Assembly: GCA_947056845.1 (NCBI GenBank)
Contig: CAMSCJ010000004.1
Coordinates: forward strand, 3,148-67,147
From: an uncultured Mycoplasmatota bacterium
GTDB lineage: Bacteria > Bacillota_I > Bacilli_A > RF39 > UBA660
DNA: 64,000 nt
Reading direction: 5' to 3'
Shown here: piece by piece, positions 28,752-39,463 of the stretch
Layout of the letters: every line of letters begins with the position of its first letter
Numbering within the stretch: the stretch's first letter is position 1
Translations under genes and position numbers: made by a program
Notes under the pieces: model-generated
What the model was told of the DNA's origin: nothing
The model's input: the letters and a program-made list of their open reading frames with translations, nothing else
Database searches by the model: none

Positions 28752-29828
28752 ATGGATATTATGATACAAAGAATTAAAAAAATTAAAATAATTAGATTAA
28801 CTGCAAAAAAGATTATGTTTGTAAAAAAGAAAATTGTTCAATACACTATGCTAATAAATATAATAATTAAAAATACTTTATATAAAAATAAAATATATAT
28901 AATTGGTACGCCGATTCATGAAAATTTAGGTGATCAGGCAATAATATATAGTGAAAACCAATTTTTTAATTACTTTTATCCAGATAAAAAAGTTATCGAA
29001 ATAGAATCATCATTAGCACAAGACAAAATAAAAGTATTAAAAAAAATAATTAAAGAAAAGATGATTTTTATACATGGTGGCGGTTTTTTAGGAAGTATTT
29101 GGCTTAACGAAGAACAAATGTTTAGAAAAATAGTTCAAAATTTTTCTAAAAATACTATTATTGTAATGCCACAAACTATTTTTTTTGATAATAGCCCAGA
29201 AGGAAAAAAAGAACTACTTATCTCACAAGAAATATATCAATCTCATGAAAAACTATATTTTTGTTGTAGAGAACAATATTCATACGATTTTATGAAAAAA
29301 AGTTTTCCAAAATGTAAATCAATTTTAGTACCAGATATTGTGTTGTTTAATAATTTTTTTAATTTTAAATCGGTCAGAAAGGATTCTTTATTTTGTATTA
29401 GAAGTGATAGAGAAAAAATAAACCATTCTTTTAATGAATTGGAAAAATTATTAAAATCAAAAAATATTTTATTTAGTTATACTGATACAGTTATAAAGAA
29501 AAACATATATAGATTTAATAGAAAAAAAGAAATTTTAAAAAAATTAAAACAAATATCAAATTATAAGATTTTAATTACAGATAGACTACATGGTATGGTA
29601 TTTGCGTTTTTAACAAAGACACCATGTATTGTATTTGAAAATAATAATTATAAGGTTAAAGGATTATTTAAGTGGATATATGATTGTGAGTATATCAAAA
29701 TGTATAACGCCAAAACATTGGAAAAAGATATAGAAGAATTACTAAAAATCAAACCAGTTTATGATAATAAGCAATTAATTAAGAAATTTGAATTGTTGAA
29801 AAATTTAATTGATAATAATGGTGATTAA
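28752..29828 (+). CDS. Polysaccharide pyruvyl transferase
   Basis: NLGDQAI, HGGGFLG, PQTI, RE..S, PDIV, TDRLHG. Confidence 0.9.
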   Translation: MDIMIQRIKKIKIIRLTAKKIMFVKKKIVQYTMLINIIIKNTLYKNKIYIIGTPIHENLGDQAIIYSENQFFNYFYPDKKVIEIESSLAQDKIKVLKKIIKEKMIFIHGGGFLGSIWLNEEQMFRKIVQNFSKNTIIVMPQTIFFDNSPEGKKELLISQEIYQSHEKLYFCCREQYSYDFMKKSFPKCKSILVPDIVLFNNFFNFKSVRKDSLFCIRSDREKINHSFNELEKLLKSKNILFSYTDTVIKKNIYRFNRKKEILKKLKQISNYKILITDRLHGMVFAFLTKTPCIVFENNNYKVKGLFKWIYDCEYIKMYNAKTLEKDIEELLKIKPVYDNKQLIKKFELLKNLIDNNGD

Positions 29829-31359
29829 TATGGAAATGGAATCTAGAACAAAAAAAACTAGCAGAAATGTAGTTTATGCAACAATATCTCAATTTATTAA
29901 AATAATTTTGGTATTTATTAGTAGAAAAATATTTATAAACCAATTAGGTGCTTCCTTCTTAGGAGTTAACGGACTTTTTACAAATATTTTATCAATTTTA
30001 TCTTTAGCAGATTTAGGAATGTCAACAACAATGATGTATTGTTTGTACAAACCCTTAGCTAATAACAACCAAACAAAAATAACTGCATATATGAATTATT
30101 TTCAAAAAATATATAATATTATTGCTATAGTGATAGCTTTAGTTGGAATTGCTATAATACCATTATTAAAATATATCATTAATTTGCCAACTGAAATTCC
30201 ATATATATATGTATATTATTTATTAATTTTGTTTAATTCAATAATATCATATTTATTTATATATAAAACAACACTTTTACAAGCAGATCAGAAGATGTTT
30301 ATAATTAACAAATATGATACTATTTTTCAAGTAGTTTTATTTGTATTACAAGTTTTTGTTTTATTATTAACAAATAGTTTTGCACTATATTTAGGCTGTA
30401 ATATTTTATGCACATTTATAGGCAATATTTTTAAAGCAAAAGCAACAGAAAAAATATACCCTTATTTAAAAGATAATAAAAAAAATATTATTAATAAAAG
30501 CGAGAAAAAAGAATTATTTAAAAACTCATATTCTCTATTTTTTTATAAATTAGGGGGAATAATTCAATCAAATACTGATAATATATTAATATCCCTTTTT
30601 ATAGGTACTATAACCGTAGGCTATTATTCTAATTATAGTACGATAATATTACAAATTACAACTTTTATAACAATCATTTTCACTGCACTAAAAGCTAGTA
30701 TTGGAAATTATGTTACTGAAAAAAATACTGAATCACAGTATGAAATGTTTGAAATATTAGAAGTTTATAATTTTTGGATAGTAAGTTTTTGTTCTATTTG
30801 TTTTTTTATGTTAGTTCCTAATTTTATTGAATTATTATTTGGAAAAGAATATTTACTTAGTAATATATTTTTAATATGCACTATATTAAATTTTTATACT
30901 TCAAATATTAGACAAACGTTATGGGTTTATAGGGAAACTACAGGAATATTTTCAAAAACTAAATATATTACATTAATAACTGCAATTATTAATCTAATAT
31001 TATCTATAATATTAGGAAAAATTTGTGGGTTAGTGGGTATTGTTTTAGCAACAGTAATTGCACGTATGTTATATGCATGGTGGAAAGAACCGCAAATAAT
31101 TTACAAAGATATTTTTAATAAAAATGTTAAAATTTATTTTCAAAAATATATTTTAAGACTTATTTTAACAGCATTTATGTGTTTAATATTATCCATAATA
31201 TTTAAATTTATTAATATTAATAATTTATTTATTTTATTAAGTATAAAGGCTATTATATGTGTAGTGGTAGTAACTTTAATATATCTAATGATATATAAAA
31301 AAAATAAAGCATACCTTTTCTTGATTGAAAAAATTGTTAAAAAAAGGAGAAATATATGA
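29809..31359 (+). CDS. wzx: Polysaccharide flippase (Wzx/MATE-like)
   Basis: Many TM segments; LSLADLGM, LYKPLA, TDNILIS. Confidence 0.88.
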   Translation: MIIMVINMEMESRTKKTSRNVVYATISQFIKIILVFISRKIFINQLGASFLGVNGLFTNILSILSLADLGMSTTMMYCLYKPLANNNQTKITAYMNYFQKIYNIIAIVIALVGIAIIPLLKYIINLPTEIPYIYVYYLLILFNSIISYLFIYKTTLLQADQKMFIINKYDTIFQVVLFVLQVFVLLLTNSFALYLGCNILCTFIGNIFKAKATEKIYPYLKDNKKNIINKSEKKELFKNSYSLFFYKLGGIIQSNTDNILISLFIGTITVGYYSNYSTIILQITTFITIIFTALKASIGNYVTEKNTESQYEMFEILEVYNFWIVSFCSICFFMLVPNFIELLFGKEYLLSNIFLICTILNFYTSNIRQTLWVYRETTGIFSKTKYITLITAIINLILSIILGKICGLVGIVLATVIARMLYAWWKEPQIIYKDIFNKNVKIYFQKYILRLILTAFMCLILSIIFKFININNLFILLSIKAIICVVVVTLIYLMIYKKNKAYLFLIEKIVKKRRNI

Positions 31360-32558
31360 ATAGTATAAAATTAACTTTTACTGGTGATGCTTTTTTAACA
31401 AAAAGAGTATTGGATATATATATAAAGGGATTAGATGATAGCAAATACGAGTTGAACGATATATTTGCAAATCTAAAGTCTTTTTTTGAACTCTCTGATC
31501 TTGTTGTTTGTAATTTGGAAACACCATTAAGTGAAAATAAAGATGATTGGTGTAAAAATTTATATTTGCTAACAGCTCCAAAAGAATTTGCAAATGCATT
31601 ATTGAATAATGGAATCAAATTCGTAACAACAGCAAACAATCATTGTTTAGATAACGGTTTAGATGGAATAGATAAAACTATAAATATACTAGATTCAATT
31701 AATATGGGGCATACAGGTACTTATAAGACAAAAAACGATTACTGTTTTTTAGATATAAAAGGTATTAGAATTAGCATTTTATCTTATACATACGGAACCA
31801 ACGCATTTAATAATAATATATATTTAAAATCAAAAGATAGACAAAAAATTAATATGTTTCAAAATCAAGAACTGCATAATGGTATTTTGCGCTATTTATA
31901 TAATTCAAAATTTATATTAGCTAAAGTGATTAAAAAAATATTATATAAATTAAAATTGTTTCAATTTAATAAAATGCCCTATGAAAGAAAAGAGTTTTCT
32001 CACTCACATAAAAAGAAATTAAAAAAAGAAATTAAAAATGCAAAATTAAATAATGCTGATTTAATAGTAATGTGTATGCATGAAGGCGGACAATATAATA
32101 AAAAAGTTGCAAATAGAACAATAAAAAGAGCTAATTTTTTATTAAAGAATGGTGTAGATGTTGTAATTGGTAATCATGAGCATGTGATTCATAAAGTAGA
32201 AAAGAAAAAAGAAAAATTTATTGCTTATTCCTTAGGAAATTTAACATCAACTTTTGGGGTAATTGACAATCCAAAAGATTATTTAAATGACTATTCAATA
32301 TTGATTCATATATATATTGCAAAAGACGAAAAAGGGGCAAAAATAGAAAAAATAACATTTTCTATTTTAAAACAAATAATTCAAGAAACTAAATACGGTA
32401 AAGTTGTAAAAACAGAAATGTTAAACAATTTAATAAACAATTCAAAAAATGAAGAAGAAAAAAATCAATTACTAAATGATAATAAAAATATTATACAAAT
32501 AGTATTAGACAAATGTATTGATGAAATTCAATTACAAGATGAGTATATAATTAGTTAA
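31356..32558 (+). CDS. CapA/PgsA-family metallophosphoesterase
   Basis: GD, CNLETPL, TANNHCLD, H.G, GNHEH, AYSLGN. Confidence 0.88.
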   Translation: MNSIKLTFTGDAFLTKRVLDIYIKGLDDSKYELNDIFANLKSFFELSDLVVCNLETPLSENKDDWCKNLYLLTAPKEFANALLNNGIKFVTTANNHCLDNGLDGIDKTINILDSINMGHTGTYKTKNDYCFLDIKGIRISILSYTYGTNAFNNNIYLKSKDRQKINMFQNQELHNGILRYLYNSKFILAKVIKKILYKLKLFQFNKMPYERKEFSHSHKKKLKKEIKNAKLNNADLIVMCMHEGGQYNKKVANRTIKRANFLLKNGVDVVIGNHEHVIHKVEKKKEKFIAYSLGNLTSTFGVIDNPKDYLNDYSILIHIYIAKDEKGAKIEKITFSILKQIIQETKYGKVVKTEMLNNLINNSKNEEEKNQLLNDNKNIIQIVLDKCIDEIQLQDEYIIS

Positions 32559-32571
32559 TGAGGTAAAATTT

Positions 32572-33813
32572 ATGAAACAAGAATTAATAATAAATAAAAT
32601 TATTAAAGAAAACAATAGAATAAATTATATTTATGAAGCAAGAGGTAAATGGTCGGATTTGTTGGTAAAATCAGAAATTTTATTTTTGGAGTTCGACACC
32701 AACATAGAGGCAGTACCTGATAGTATTGCTATTATTCCGTTGTTATGCAATATTTTACCGATTTGCTGGGTATTTAACTTAAATATAACTATTGATGAAT
32801 TAGATGATGTATTTTATAGTAATATTGATAAAATTAAAGATGGTTATATTAAAATGTATCCAGAAATTAACTTTGGCGGTAATTTAGATGTCAAAAAAAC
32901 AATAAAAAATGATTACATTACAAAAGGCTCAGCTGTATTATTTTCTGGTGGTGTCGATGCTTTTAATACCCTTATTTGTCATATAGATGAAAAACCAGCT
33001 TTGATAACTGTATGGGGTTCAGATATCCCACTATCTGATGAAAAAGGTTGGTCAGTAGTTGATAAACACCATAAGAAAACAGCAAACGATTTTGATATTA
33101 AATATCATGCTATCAAAACTAATTTTAGAAGTTTTCTAAATTGTAATATGCTTTCGAATTATATATCAAAGAGAATAGATGGTTCCTGGTGGCATGAATT
33201 TCAGCATGGAATAGGATTAATAGGCTTAACAGCTCCTTTAGCTTATATTGAAAGGTATAAAATTGTTTATATAGCATCATCATTTACTATAGCAGACCTA
33301 GGAAATTATACCTGTGCATCTGACCCTACTATTGATAATCATTTGAAACATTCTAGTTGCAACACAATACATGATGGATATGAATTTAATAGACAAGATA
33401 AAATACATAATATTTGCAATTATGTAGATAAAACTAACAAATCAATTAAACTAAGAGTTTGTTGGGAATCAACAGGTGGGAAAAATTGTTGCGAATGTGA
33501 AAAATGTTGTAGAACTATGTTAGGAATTTTAACAGAAAAAAATGACCCTAATAAATTTGGATTTAATTTTAATAATAATATTAGAAAGAAAATGATGAAA
33601 ACTGTCCGACCTTTTGCTAAATATAATCATAGTCGACAATATTCAGAAATGCAAAGACAATTTATTAAAAATTATAAAACAACTGAAATCCCGAAAGATT
33701 TATTATGGTTTTCTAAACTAAAAATAATTAATAAAAAACCATTTTTCATAGTTTTAAAAGATAAAGCATTATATATTTTAAAAAAAATATTTTCCAAAAT
33801 AAAAAATAATTAG
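32572..33813 (+). CDS. PP-loop (adenine nucleotide alpha-hydrolase) protein with Cys cluster
   Basis: FSGGVDA and LRVCW...NCCECEKCCRT. Confidence 0.7.
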   Translation: MKQELIINKIIKENNRINYIYEARGKWSDLLVKSEILFLEFDTNIEAVPDSIAIIPLLCNILPICWVFNLNITIDELDDVFYSNIDKIKDGYIKMYPEINFGGNLDVKKTIKNDYITKGSAVLFSGGVDAFNTLICHIDEKPALITVWGSDIPLSDEKGWSVVDKHHKKTANDFDIKYHAIKTNFRSFLNCNMLSNYISKRIDGSWWHEFQHGIGLIGLTAPLAYIERYKIVYIASSFTIADLGNYTCASDPTIDNHLKHSSCNTIHDGYEFNRQDKIHNICNYVDKTNKSIKLRVCWESTGGKNCCECEKCCRTMLGILTEKNDPNKFGFNFNNNIRKKMMKTVRPFAKYNHSRQYSEMQRQFIKNYKTTEIPKDLLWFSKLKIINKKPFFIVLKDKALYILKKIFSKIKNN

Positions 33814-33832
33814 GTTTTTAGTAGGTGCTTAT

Positions 33833-34309
33833 ATGAAAAAAAGAATCATATATACATTACTAATATTATGGATGAGTTTAATTTTCTTTTTTTCCAATCA
33901 ACCAGCTATTGCTTCTGATAAAGTAAGTGGCGGGGTAATAGAAAAAATTGTCAACATCATTGAAATAATAAGCAACCATAAATTTAATGATAATGAATTA
34001 GAAATAATATTTAAATATTTAATTTTTCCAATTAGAAAACTGGCTCATTTTATATTATATTTTATATTAGGAATATTATTTTATAATATTATTAGATTAT
34101 ATTCTATAGATAATAGAAAAACATTAATTATAAGCCTTTTATTTTGTATAATATACGCTTGTAGTGATGAAATACATCAATTATTTATTTCAGGTAGATC
34201 AGGTGAATTAAGAGATGTTTTTATTGACACATTAGGAAGTTTATTAGGAATTTTAATAGTATCTAAAATAATTAATAGAAAATATAAAGATTTAAATGAT
34301 AAGGTGTGA
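33833..34309 (+). CDS. VanZ family membrane protein
   Basis: IFFFSNQ, RKLAHF..Y, DEIHQLFISGR, DVFID. Confidence 0.9.
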   Translation: MKKRIIYTLLILWMSLIFFFSNQPAIASDKVSGGVIEKIVNIIEIISNHKFNDNELEIIFKYLIFPIRKLAHFILYFILGILFYNIIRLYSIDNRKTLIISLLFCIIYACSDEIHQLFISGRSGELRDVFIDTLGSLLGILIVSKIINRKYKDLNDKV

Positions 34310-36210
34310 TAACTTTGAGTAATAATAAGACTAATTCTAAAAAAAAGAAAGATTCAAAAAACAAAAATGATATAGACAAAACTACCAAAAATAAAATTAG
34401 TAAATCAGAAAGTGCCATTATTAAAAAAGAAGTTAAATTAGTAGCTATCACAAAAAACGAGCAACTAAAAAATAATGAGATTAAAATGGTTTCTAAGAAA
34501 AAAATCTCTAACTCTGAAAACAGTGAATCAACATCTATAGTTAAAAAAAAGAATACAACTTTTAAAGATACCAGTAAAAACGAAACTACAGAAACAAATA
34601 TTTCTAAAACTAATAATCAAAAAAGTATAGATATTCAAGCAGATTCTAAATTAAAAAATACTGAAATAGAGATAAATAATGTTTCAACATCAAAAACGAA
34701 AACAAAAGATAAGATGGATACTAAAATTAAAAGTGAAACGAAAGAATTAAAAAGCAAAATCAAACAAGATAAATTAAATGATAGAAATAATATATATAGA
34801 AAAATATTTAATATATCATCTTTAGTTATTAAAATAATATTTTTAATTTCTTTTATAACAAATTTACTATTTTTATTAAAAATAGATATGTTACCTACCA
34901 AATATTTATCTATTTTTATCTTGCTATCTAGTTTTATTTTAGTCTTTGCAATTTTAACTCAATTTATTTTAAAAAATAAAGTTTTAAAAATTATATCAAC
35001 ATTTTTATCATTTATCGTTATATTATTATATATATTTCTTTATATTTATATTAGAAAAACAGATACTTTTATTAATGGTTTATTTAACGATGAACAATTA
35101 GAAACATATTATTTAGCTGTATTAAGTGATTCAAATTATCAAACTATAAATGATTTAAAAAATTTAAAAATTGGTACATATTATAACAACGAGGGAACAT
35201 ATAACGAAATTATAAAAATTGTCAACAAAACAATTGAATACGATGAAAAAAGCTATGATAATTTGATTGAAATGTGTAATGCTTTAATAAGTGGAGAAAT
35301 AGACGCAATTTTAATAAACGACGCTAATAAAACTATTATTAATGAAAATAATGAGCTGATTAATATTCAACTTAAATATATTTATAATGTTACAACTAAG
35401 ACAAAAATAAATGTTATAGCGAAAGATTTAAATGTTGTAGATACACCTTTTATTGTATATATTACAGGTATTGATACTTATGGAGAAATATCTAGTGTTG
35501 CTAGAAGTGATGTCAATATTGTAGCAACCATTAATCCTAAAACTAAAAAAATATTATTAGTTACAATACCTAGAGATTATTATGTGCAGTTGCACAATAC
35601 AACTGGTAATAAAGATAAATTAACACATTCTGGTATATATGGTATTGATATGTCAGTTTCAACTATTGAGGATTTATTAGATATTGATATTAATTACTAT
35701 ATTAGATTAAATTTTTCAACTTTAATAAACACTGTTGACGTTATAGGTGGAATCGATGTTTATTCTGAATATGAATTTAACACTTATGGTTATCAATTTT
35801 ATCGAGGATATAATTCTGTAAATGGGCAGTATGCGTTAGCTTTTTCTCGTGCAAGATATAACTTTGCTAATGGTGATCGTACCCGTGGGGAAAATCAAAT
35901 GCGTGTAATTGATGCCATTATCAACAAAATGTCTTCATCAAGAGTCTTAGTTACTAATTATTTGAATATTTTAAATAGTTTAAATGGCACATTTCAAACT
36001 AATATTGATTCTAAGCGAATTTACGATTTGGTCAAAATGCAACTTTCCACAATGCCAAAATGGCAAGTTGAAACCTATAGTTTAAACGGATATGACTCTA
36101 GTAATTATACTTATAGTATGGGCGACATGCTACTATATGTTATGGAACCCGATTATAGTACTATAGATGAGGCAAAATATAAAATTCAAGAATTTTTAAA
36201 TACAAAATAG
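34306..36210 (+). CDS. LCP family (CpsA/Wzg-like) glycopolymer transferase with long Lys-rich N-terminus
   Basis: RSDVNI, TIPRDYYV, DKLTH, ALAFSRAR, GDRTRGENQ; three TM helices. Confidence 0.92.
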   Translation: MITLSNNKTNSKKKKDSKNKNDIDKTTKNKISKSESAIIKKEVKLVAITKNEQLKNNEIKMVSKKKISNSENSESTSIVKKKNTTFKDTSKNETTETNISKTNNQKSIDIQADSKLKNTEIEINNVSTSKTKTKDKMDTKIKSETKELKSKIKQDKLNDRNNIYRKIFNISSLVIKIIFLISFITNLLFLLKIDMLPTKYLSIFILLSSFILVFAILTQFILKNKVLKIISTFLSFIVILLYIFLYIYIRKTDTFINGLFNDEQLETYYLAVLSDSNYQTINDLKNLKIGTYYNNEGTYNEIIKIVNKTIEYDEKSYDNLIEMCNALISGEIDAILINDANKTIINENNELINIQLKYIYNVTTKTKINVIAKDLNVVDTPFIVYITGIDTYGEISSVARSDVNIVATINPKTKKILLVTIPRDYYVQLHNTTGNKDKLTHSGIYGIDMSVSTIEDLLDIDINYYIRLNFSTLINTVDVIGGIDVYSEYEFNTYGYQFYRGYNSVNGQYALAFSRARYNFANGDRTRGENQMRVIDAIINKMSSSRVLVTNYLNILNSLNGTFQTNIDSKRIYDLVKMQLSTMPKWQVETYSLNGYDSSNYTYSMGDMLLYVMEPDYSTIDEAKYKIQEFLNTK

Positions 36211-36291
36211 GAAATTAAATCAATCTCTTTTTTATTAAAAATAATTTATTTTAATTTAAAATATTTTTCGACAATATATTACGTTTACATA

Positions 36292-36792
36292 TTGGATAAT
36301 AATTATGGTGATAATATGAAATGGAAAACAATCTTATCTGTTGTATTTGCTGTTTCAGTAGGTTTTTTGATGGGAAAATTCATGCTAAATCAATACAATT
36401 CTGAATATGAATTAGCTCCAGTTTTTAATCAAAATAGTGATCGATACTATTTTTTAAGCCAAGGAGAATACGATAGTTTTGATGATATGGAAAAAAGTAT
36501 GATGGGATTTGATTATTATTTTTATGAAGAAAAAGATGATAAATTTATAACGTATGTTGGGATCACAAAAAATTATGATAATATGATGAAAATACAAGGA
36601 TATTTTACAAATGCTGGATATACTATATATGTAAGGGATGTTCAATTTAACAATGAGGCTTTTTCCGTTTTAGTTGATCAATACGATCAAATGTTAAGGG
36701 AAACAGAGGATAATCAAACAATTAAGGGGATTTGTTCACAAGTATTAGCTAAATATGAGGAGTTGGTAGTAAATAGTGACAGTTCTAATTAA
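36292..36792 (+). CDS. Membrane-anchored hypothetical protein in the spoIIB position (likely start ATG 36316)
   Basis: N-terminal TM, SPOR-like Q.G.Y pattern, directly upstream of radC. Confidence 0.55.
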   Translation: MDNNYGDNMKWKTILSVVFAVSVGFLMGKFMLNQYNSEYELAPVFNQNSDRYYFLSQGEYDSFDDMEKSMMGFDYYFYEEKDDKFITYVGITKNYDNMMKIQGYFTNAGYTIYVRDVQFNNEAFSVLVDQYDQMLRETEDNQTIKGICSQVLAKYEELVVNSDSSN

Positions 36793-37462
36793 AGATATTC
36801 CTAAAAATGATCGTCCAATTGAAAGATTAATTAATAATGGTTCAAAATCATTAAGTAATTCTGAATTATTGACAATTCTAATTAAAAGTGGAACAAAGGA
36901 AAAATCAGCAAAAACATTAGCAGAAGAACTATTAAAAAATGTTGCTGATATTCATGAATTAAAAAATTTAAAATTAGAACAATTAAAAAAAATTAAAGGC
37001 ATAGGTACTAAAAAGGCCGCCAGTATTTTAGCAGCTTTAGAGCTTTCAAATAGAGTTAATAATGAAATTAACACTCTAAATGATATAAAAATAACAAATA
37101 GCAGTATAGTATTTAAATATTATCAACATTTAATCGGTGATAAGCTTCAAGAACATTTTTATTGTGTATATTTAAATACTTCTAAAAAAGTTATTAAAGA
37201 TAAACTTTTATTTATTGGAACAATTAACCAAAGTATTGTCCATCCGCGCGAAATTTTTAAAGAAGCATATTTACTTAGTGCTTCAGGAATTATTTGCGTA
37301 CACAATCATCCAGCTGGTTCTATTTTTCCAAGTTCAGAAGATATAAAATTAACAAATAAATTAGTAGATATTGGTAATTTACTAGGTGTAAAAATTATCG
37401 ATCATGTAATTATTACAAGAGACAATTATTATAGTTTTTTTGAAAATAATGATATAAGGTGA
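36776..37462 (+). CDS. radC: RadC family JAB-domain protein
   Basis: RPIERL, GIGTKKA, VHPREIF, HNHPAG...PS..D, DHVI. Confidence 0.95.
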   Translation: MTVLIKDIPKNDRPIERLINNGSKSLSNSELLTILIKSGTKEKSAKTLAEELLKNVADIHELKNLKLEQLKKIKGIGTKKAASILAALELSNRVNNEINTLNDIKITNSSIVFKYYQHLIGDKLQEHFYCVYLNTSKKVIKDKLLFIGTINQSIVHPREIFKEAYLLSASGIICVHNHPAGSIFPSSEDIKLTNKLVDIGNLLGVKIIDHVIITRDNYYSFFENNDIR

Positions 37463-37466
37463 TAAA

Positions 37467-38288
37467 ATGCGAAAGAAAAAAAAAGAGCGAAAGAAAATTA
37501 TTATATTAGTAGCTATCTTATTAATAATATTGCTTTCTTTAGTTATTGTCATCGATGATGAAAGGAAATTAACAAAATTTGAAAAAGTAATAAAAGATGG
37601 AGTTGTAACATTAAGTAATTTTGTTTCAGCTCCTTTTTTAACTATTAAAAACAAGTTTTTTTCAGAATCGAAAGATGACTATCAATACAATCTAGAAAAA
37701 CAAGAAAGTATAGGTCTTAGCAATGAAATATTAAAAGAAAATAACGAGTTAAAAGAATTACTTAAATTAAATGAAACCCTAAGCGACAGGGAATATATAA
37801 ATGCTACTGTTATTAATCGAAACATTGCCTATTGGTTTAATGAAATAACAATTAATAAAGGTTTTAAAAGTGGCATAAGTGAAGGCATGGCAGTTATAAA
37901 TTCCAAAGGATTAATTGGTAAAATTATAAAAACTAGTGCTAATACAAGCAAAGTAAAATTACTTACAGATGAGCACATGGAGGATAAAATTTCCGTTAAA
38001 ATTGAATATAATGATCACTTTGTCTATGGATTGCTATCAAATTATAAAGATGGGGAATTTATAATTAATGGTATAAGTAATAATATTGAAATAAATGAAG
38101 GCGCCAAGGTAATAACAAGTGGTCTTACAGATTTATTTCCGAGTGGCATTTTAATTGGTTATGTTGATGAAGTAACATTTGATAATTTTGATTTAGCTAA
38201 AACTTTGAAAGTTAAAAGTGAAATTGATTTTGATGATATTTACTATGTAACAATTTTAAATAGAAACGTAGATAATAACAATGATTAA
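37467..38288 (+). CDS. mreC: Rod shape-determining protein MreC
   Basis: TM + coiled coil, ITINKG..GI..GMAV...GLIG, TSG...FPSGILIG. Confidence 0.92.
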   Translation: MRKKKKERKKIIILVAILLIILLSLVIVIDDERKLTKFEKVIKDGVVTLSNFVSAPFLTIKNKFFSESKDDYQYNLEKQESIGLSNEILKENNELKELLKLNETLSDREYINATVINRNIAYWFNEITINKGFKSGISEGMAVINSKGLIGKIIKTSANTSKVKLLTDEHMEDKISVKIEYNDHFVYGLLSNYKDGEFIINGISNNIEINEGAKVITSGLTDLFPSGILIGYVDEVTFDNFDLAKTLKVKSEIDFDDIYYVTILNRNVDNNND

Positions 38289-38748
38289 AAGCGTAATAAT
38301 TATTATTTTATCATTTATATTAGAAAGCAATTTATCAAACTTTATTTCTATCAACACCAATTTTTTTAACACATTTTTAGTATTTTCTTCTTTAATTATC
38401 ATTGATAATATATTAGAATCTAAAGAAAGTTTATATATATTTGCTATTTTTACTGGTATACTTTATGATTTAGTTTTTACAGATAGAATAGGGTATAGTA
38501 TATTAACATTTTTAATAGGTTCAATTATAATTAAAAATATTAATAAAATAAGCAAACTAAAAGTAAATATCATTAATTACTTAATTATTTTAATTATGTA
38601 TAGACTAATTAGTTATACCATTTTATTATTAATCGGTTACCTATCTTTCAATCCGTTAAAACTATTTCATAGTATCTATAGTTCTATTATTCTAAATTTG
38701 CTTTATATAATAACTTTAAAAATAATATTTATAAGAGGCAAGTCATAA
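38281..38748 (+). CDS. mreD: Rod shape-determining protein MreD
   Basis: Hydrophobic, GILYD motif, overlaps mreC. Confidence 0.8.
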   Translation: MIKSVIIIILSFILESNLSNFISINTNFFNTFLVFSSLIIIDNILESKESLYIFAIFTGILYDLVFTDRIGYSILTFLIGSIIIKNINKISKLKVNIINYLIILIMYRLISYTILLLIGYLSFNPLKLFHSIYSSIILNLLYIITLKIIFIRGKS

Positions 38749-38836
38749 ATACTTATAATAATTATTTTTAATTGCTGTTAATAGTATTATAGTCTAATTT
38801 TAACATTTTATCATATATATTATTAGGTGAAAAAAT

Positions 38837-39463
38837 ATGGAAAAAGATATTGAAAAGATAAAAATGCAAATGAAAGAAAAACGTTCTAAAAATTATGAGA
38901 AAAAAACAAAAATTAATTTTAACAATAATATTTTTTATAAAATTGGTCTTAAATTTTTAATTACCATTTTGCTTACTATATCAACACTTATTGTTTTAAA
39001 AAAATTTCCAAATTTCAAAGACAAATTTTATAATGAAGTATACGAGAAAAACATTTCTTTTGCTTCTATTAATCATTTTTATAAGAATACTTTTGGGAGT
39101 CCAATACCATTTAGCGACTATTTTGAAAGTAAGGTAAAACCTGTTTTTAATGAAAAATTAACCTATTATAGTAGTGAGAAATATCAAGATGGTGTTAAAT
39201 TAATGGTCGCTAAAAACTATTTAGTACCATCCCTAGAAAGTGGTATGGTCATCTTTATTGGGGATAAAGACAATTATCCAAACACGATCATTATAGAGCA
39301 AGTTAATGGTATAAATGTATGGTATTCTAACCTTGAAAATATAAATGTTAATCTATATGATTATGTTGACAAAGGAACTTTATTAGGTTCAACAATAAAT
39401 GATGAATTATATCTGGTATATAAAAAAGATGGGAAAGTTTTAGACTATAATGATTATATTTAA
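38837..39463 (+). CDS. spoIVFA: Stage IV sporulation protein FA (M23-like)
   Basis: TM + degenerate M23 domain (GMVIFIG, TIIIEQ, WYSNL); synteny with M50 gene and rplU. Confidence 0.8.
   Translation: MEKDIEKIKMQMKEKRSKNYEKKTKINFNNNIFYKIGLKFLITILLTISTLIVLKKFPNFKDKFYNEVYEKNISFASINHFYKNTFGSPIPFSDYFESKVKPVFNEKLTYYSSEKYQDGVKLMVAKNYLVPSLESGMVIFIGDKDNYPNTIIIEQVNGINVWYSNLENINVNLYDYVDKGTLLGSTINDELYLVYKKDGKVLDYNDYI

Noticed and set aside
31356-32558. Poly-gamma-glutamate capsule synthesis
   Set aside because: capB/capC are absent from the window; CapA domains occur independently
33833-34309. Glycopeptide resistance
   Set aside because: VanZ-family genes are common in polysaccharide loci; no van cluster present
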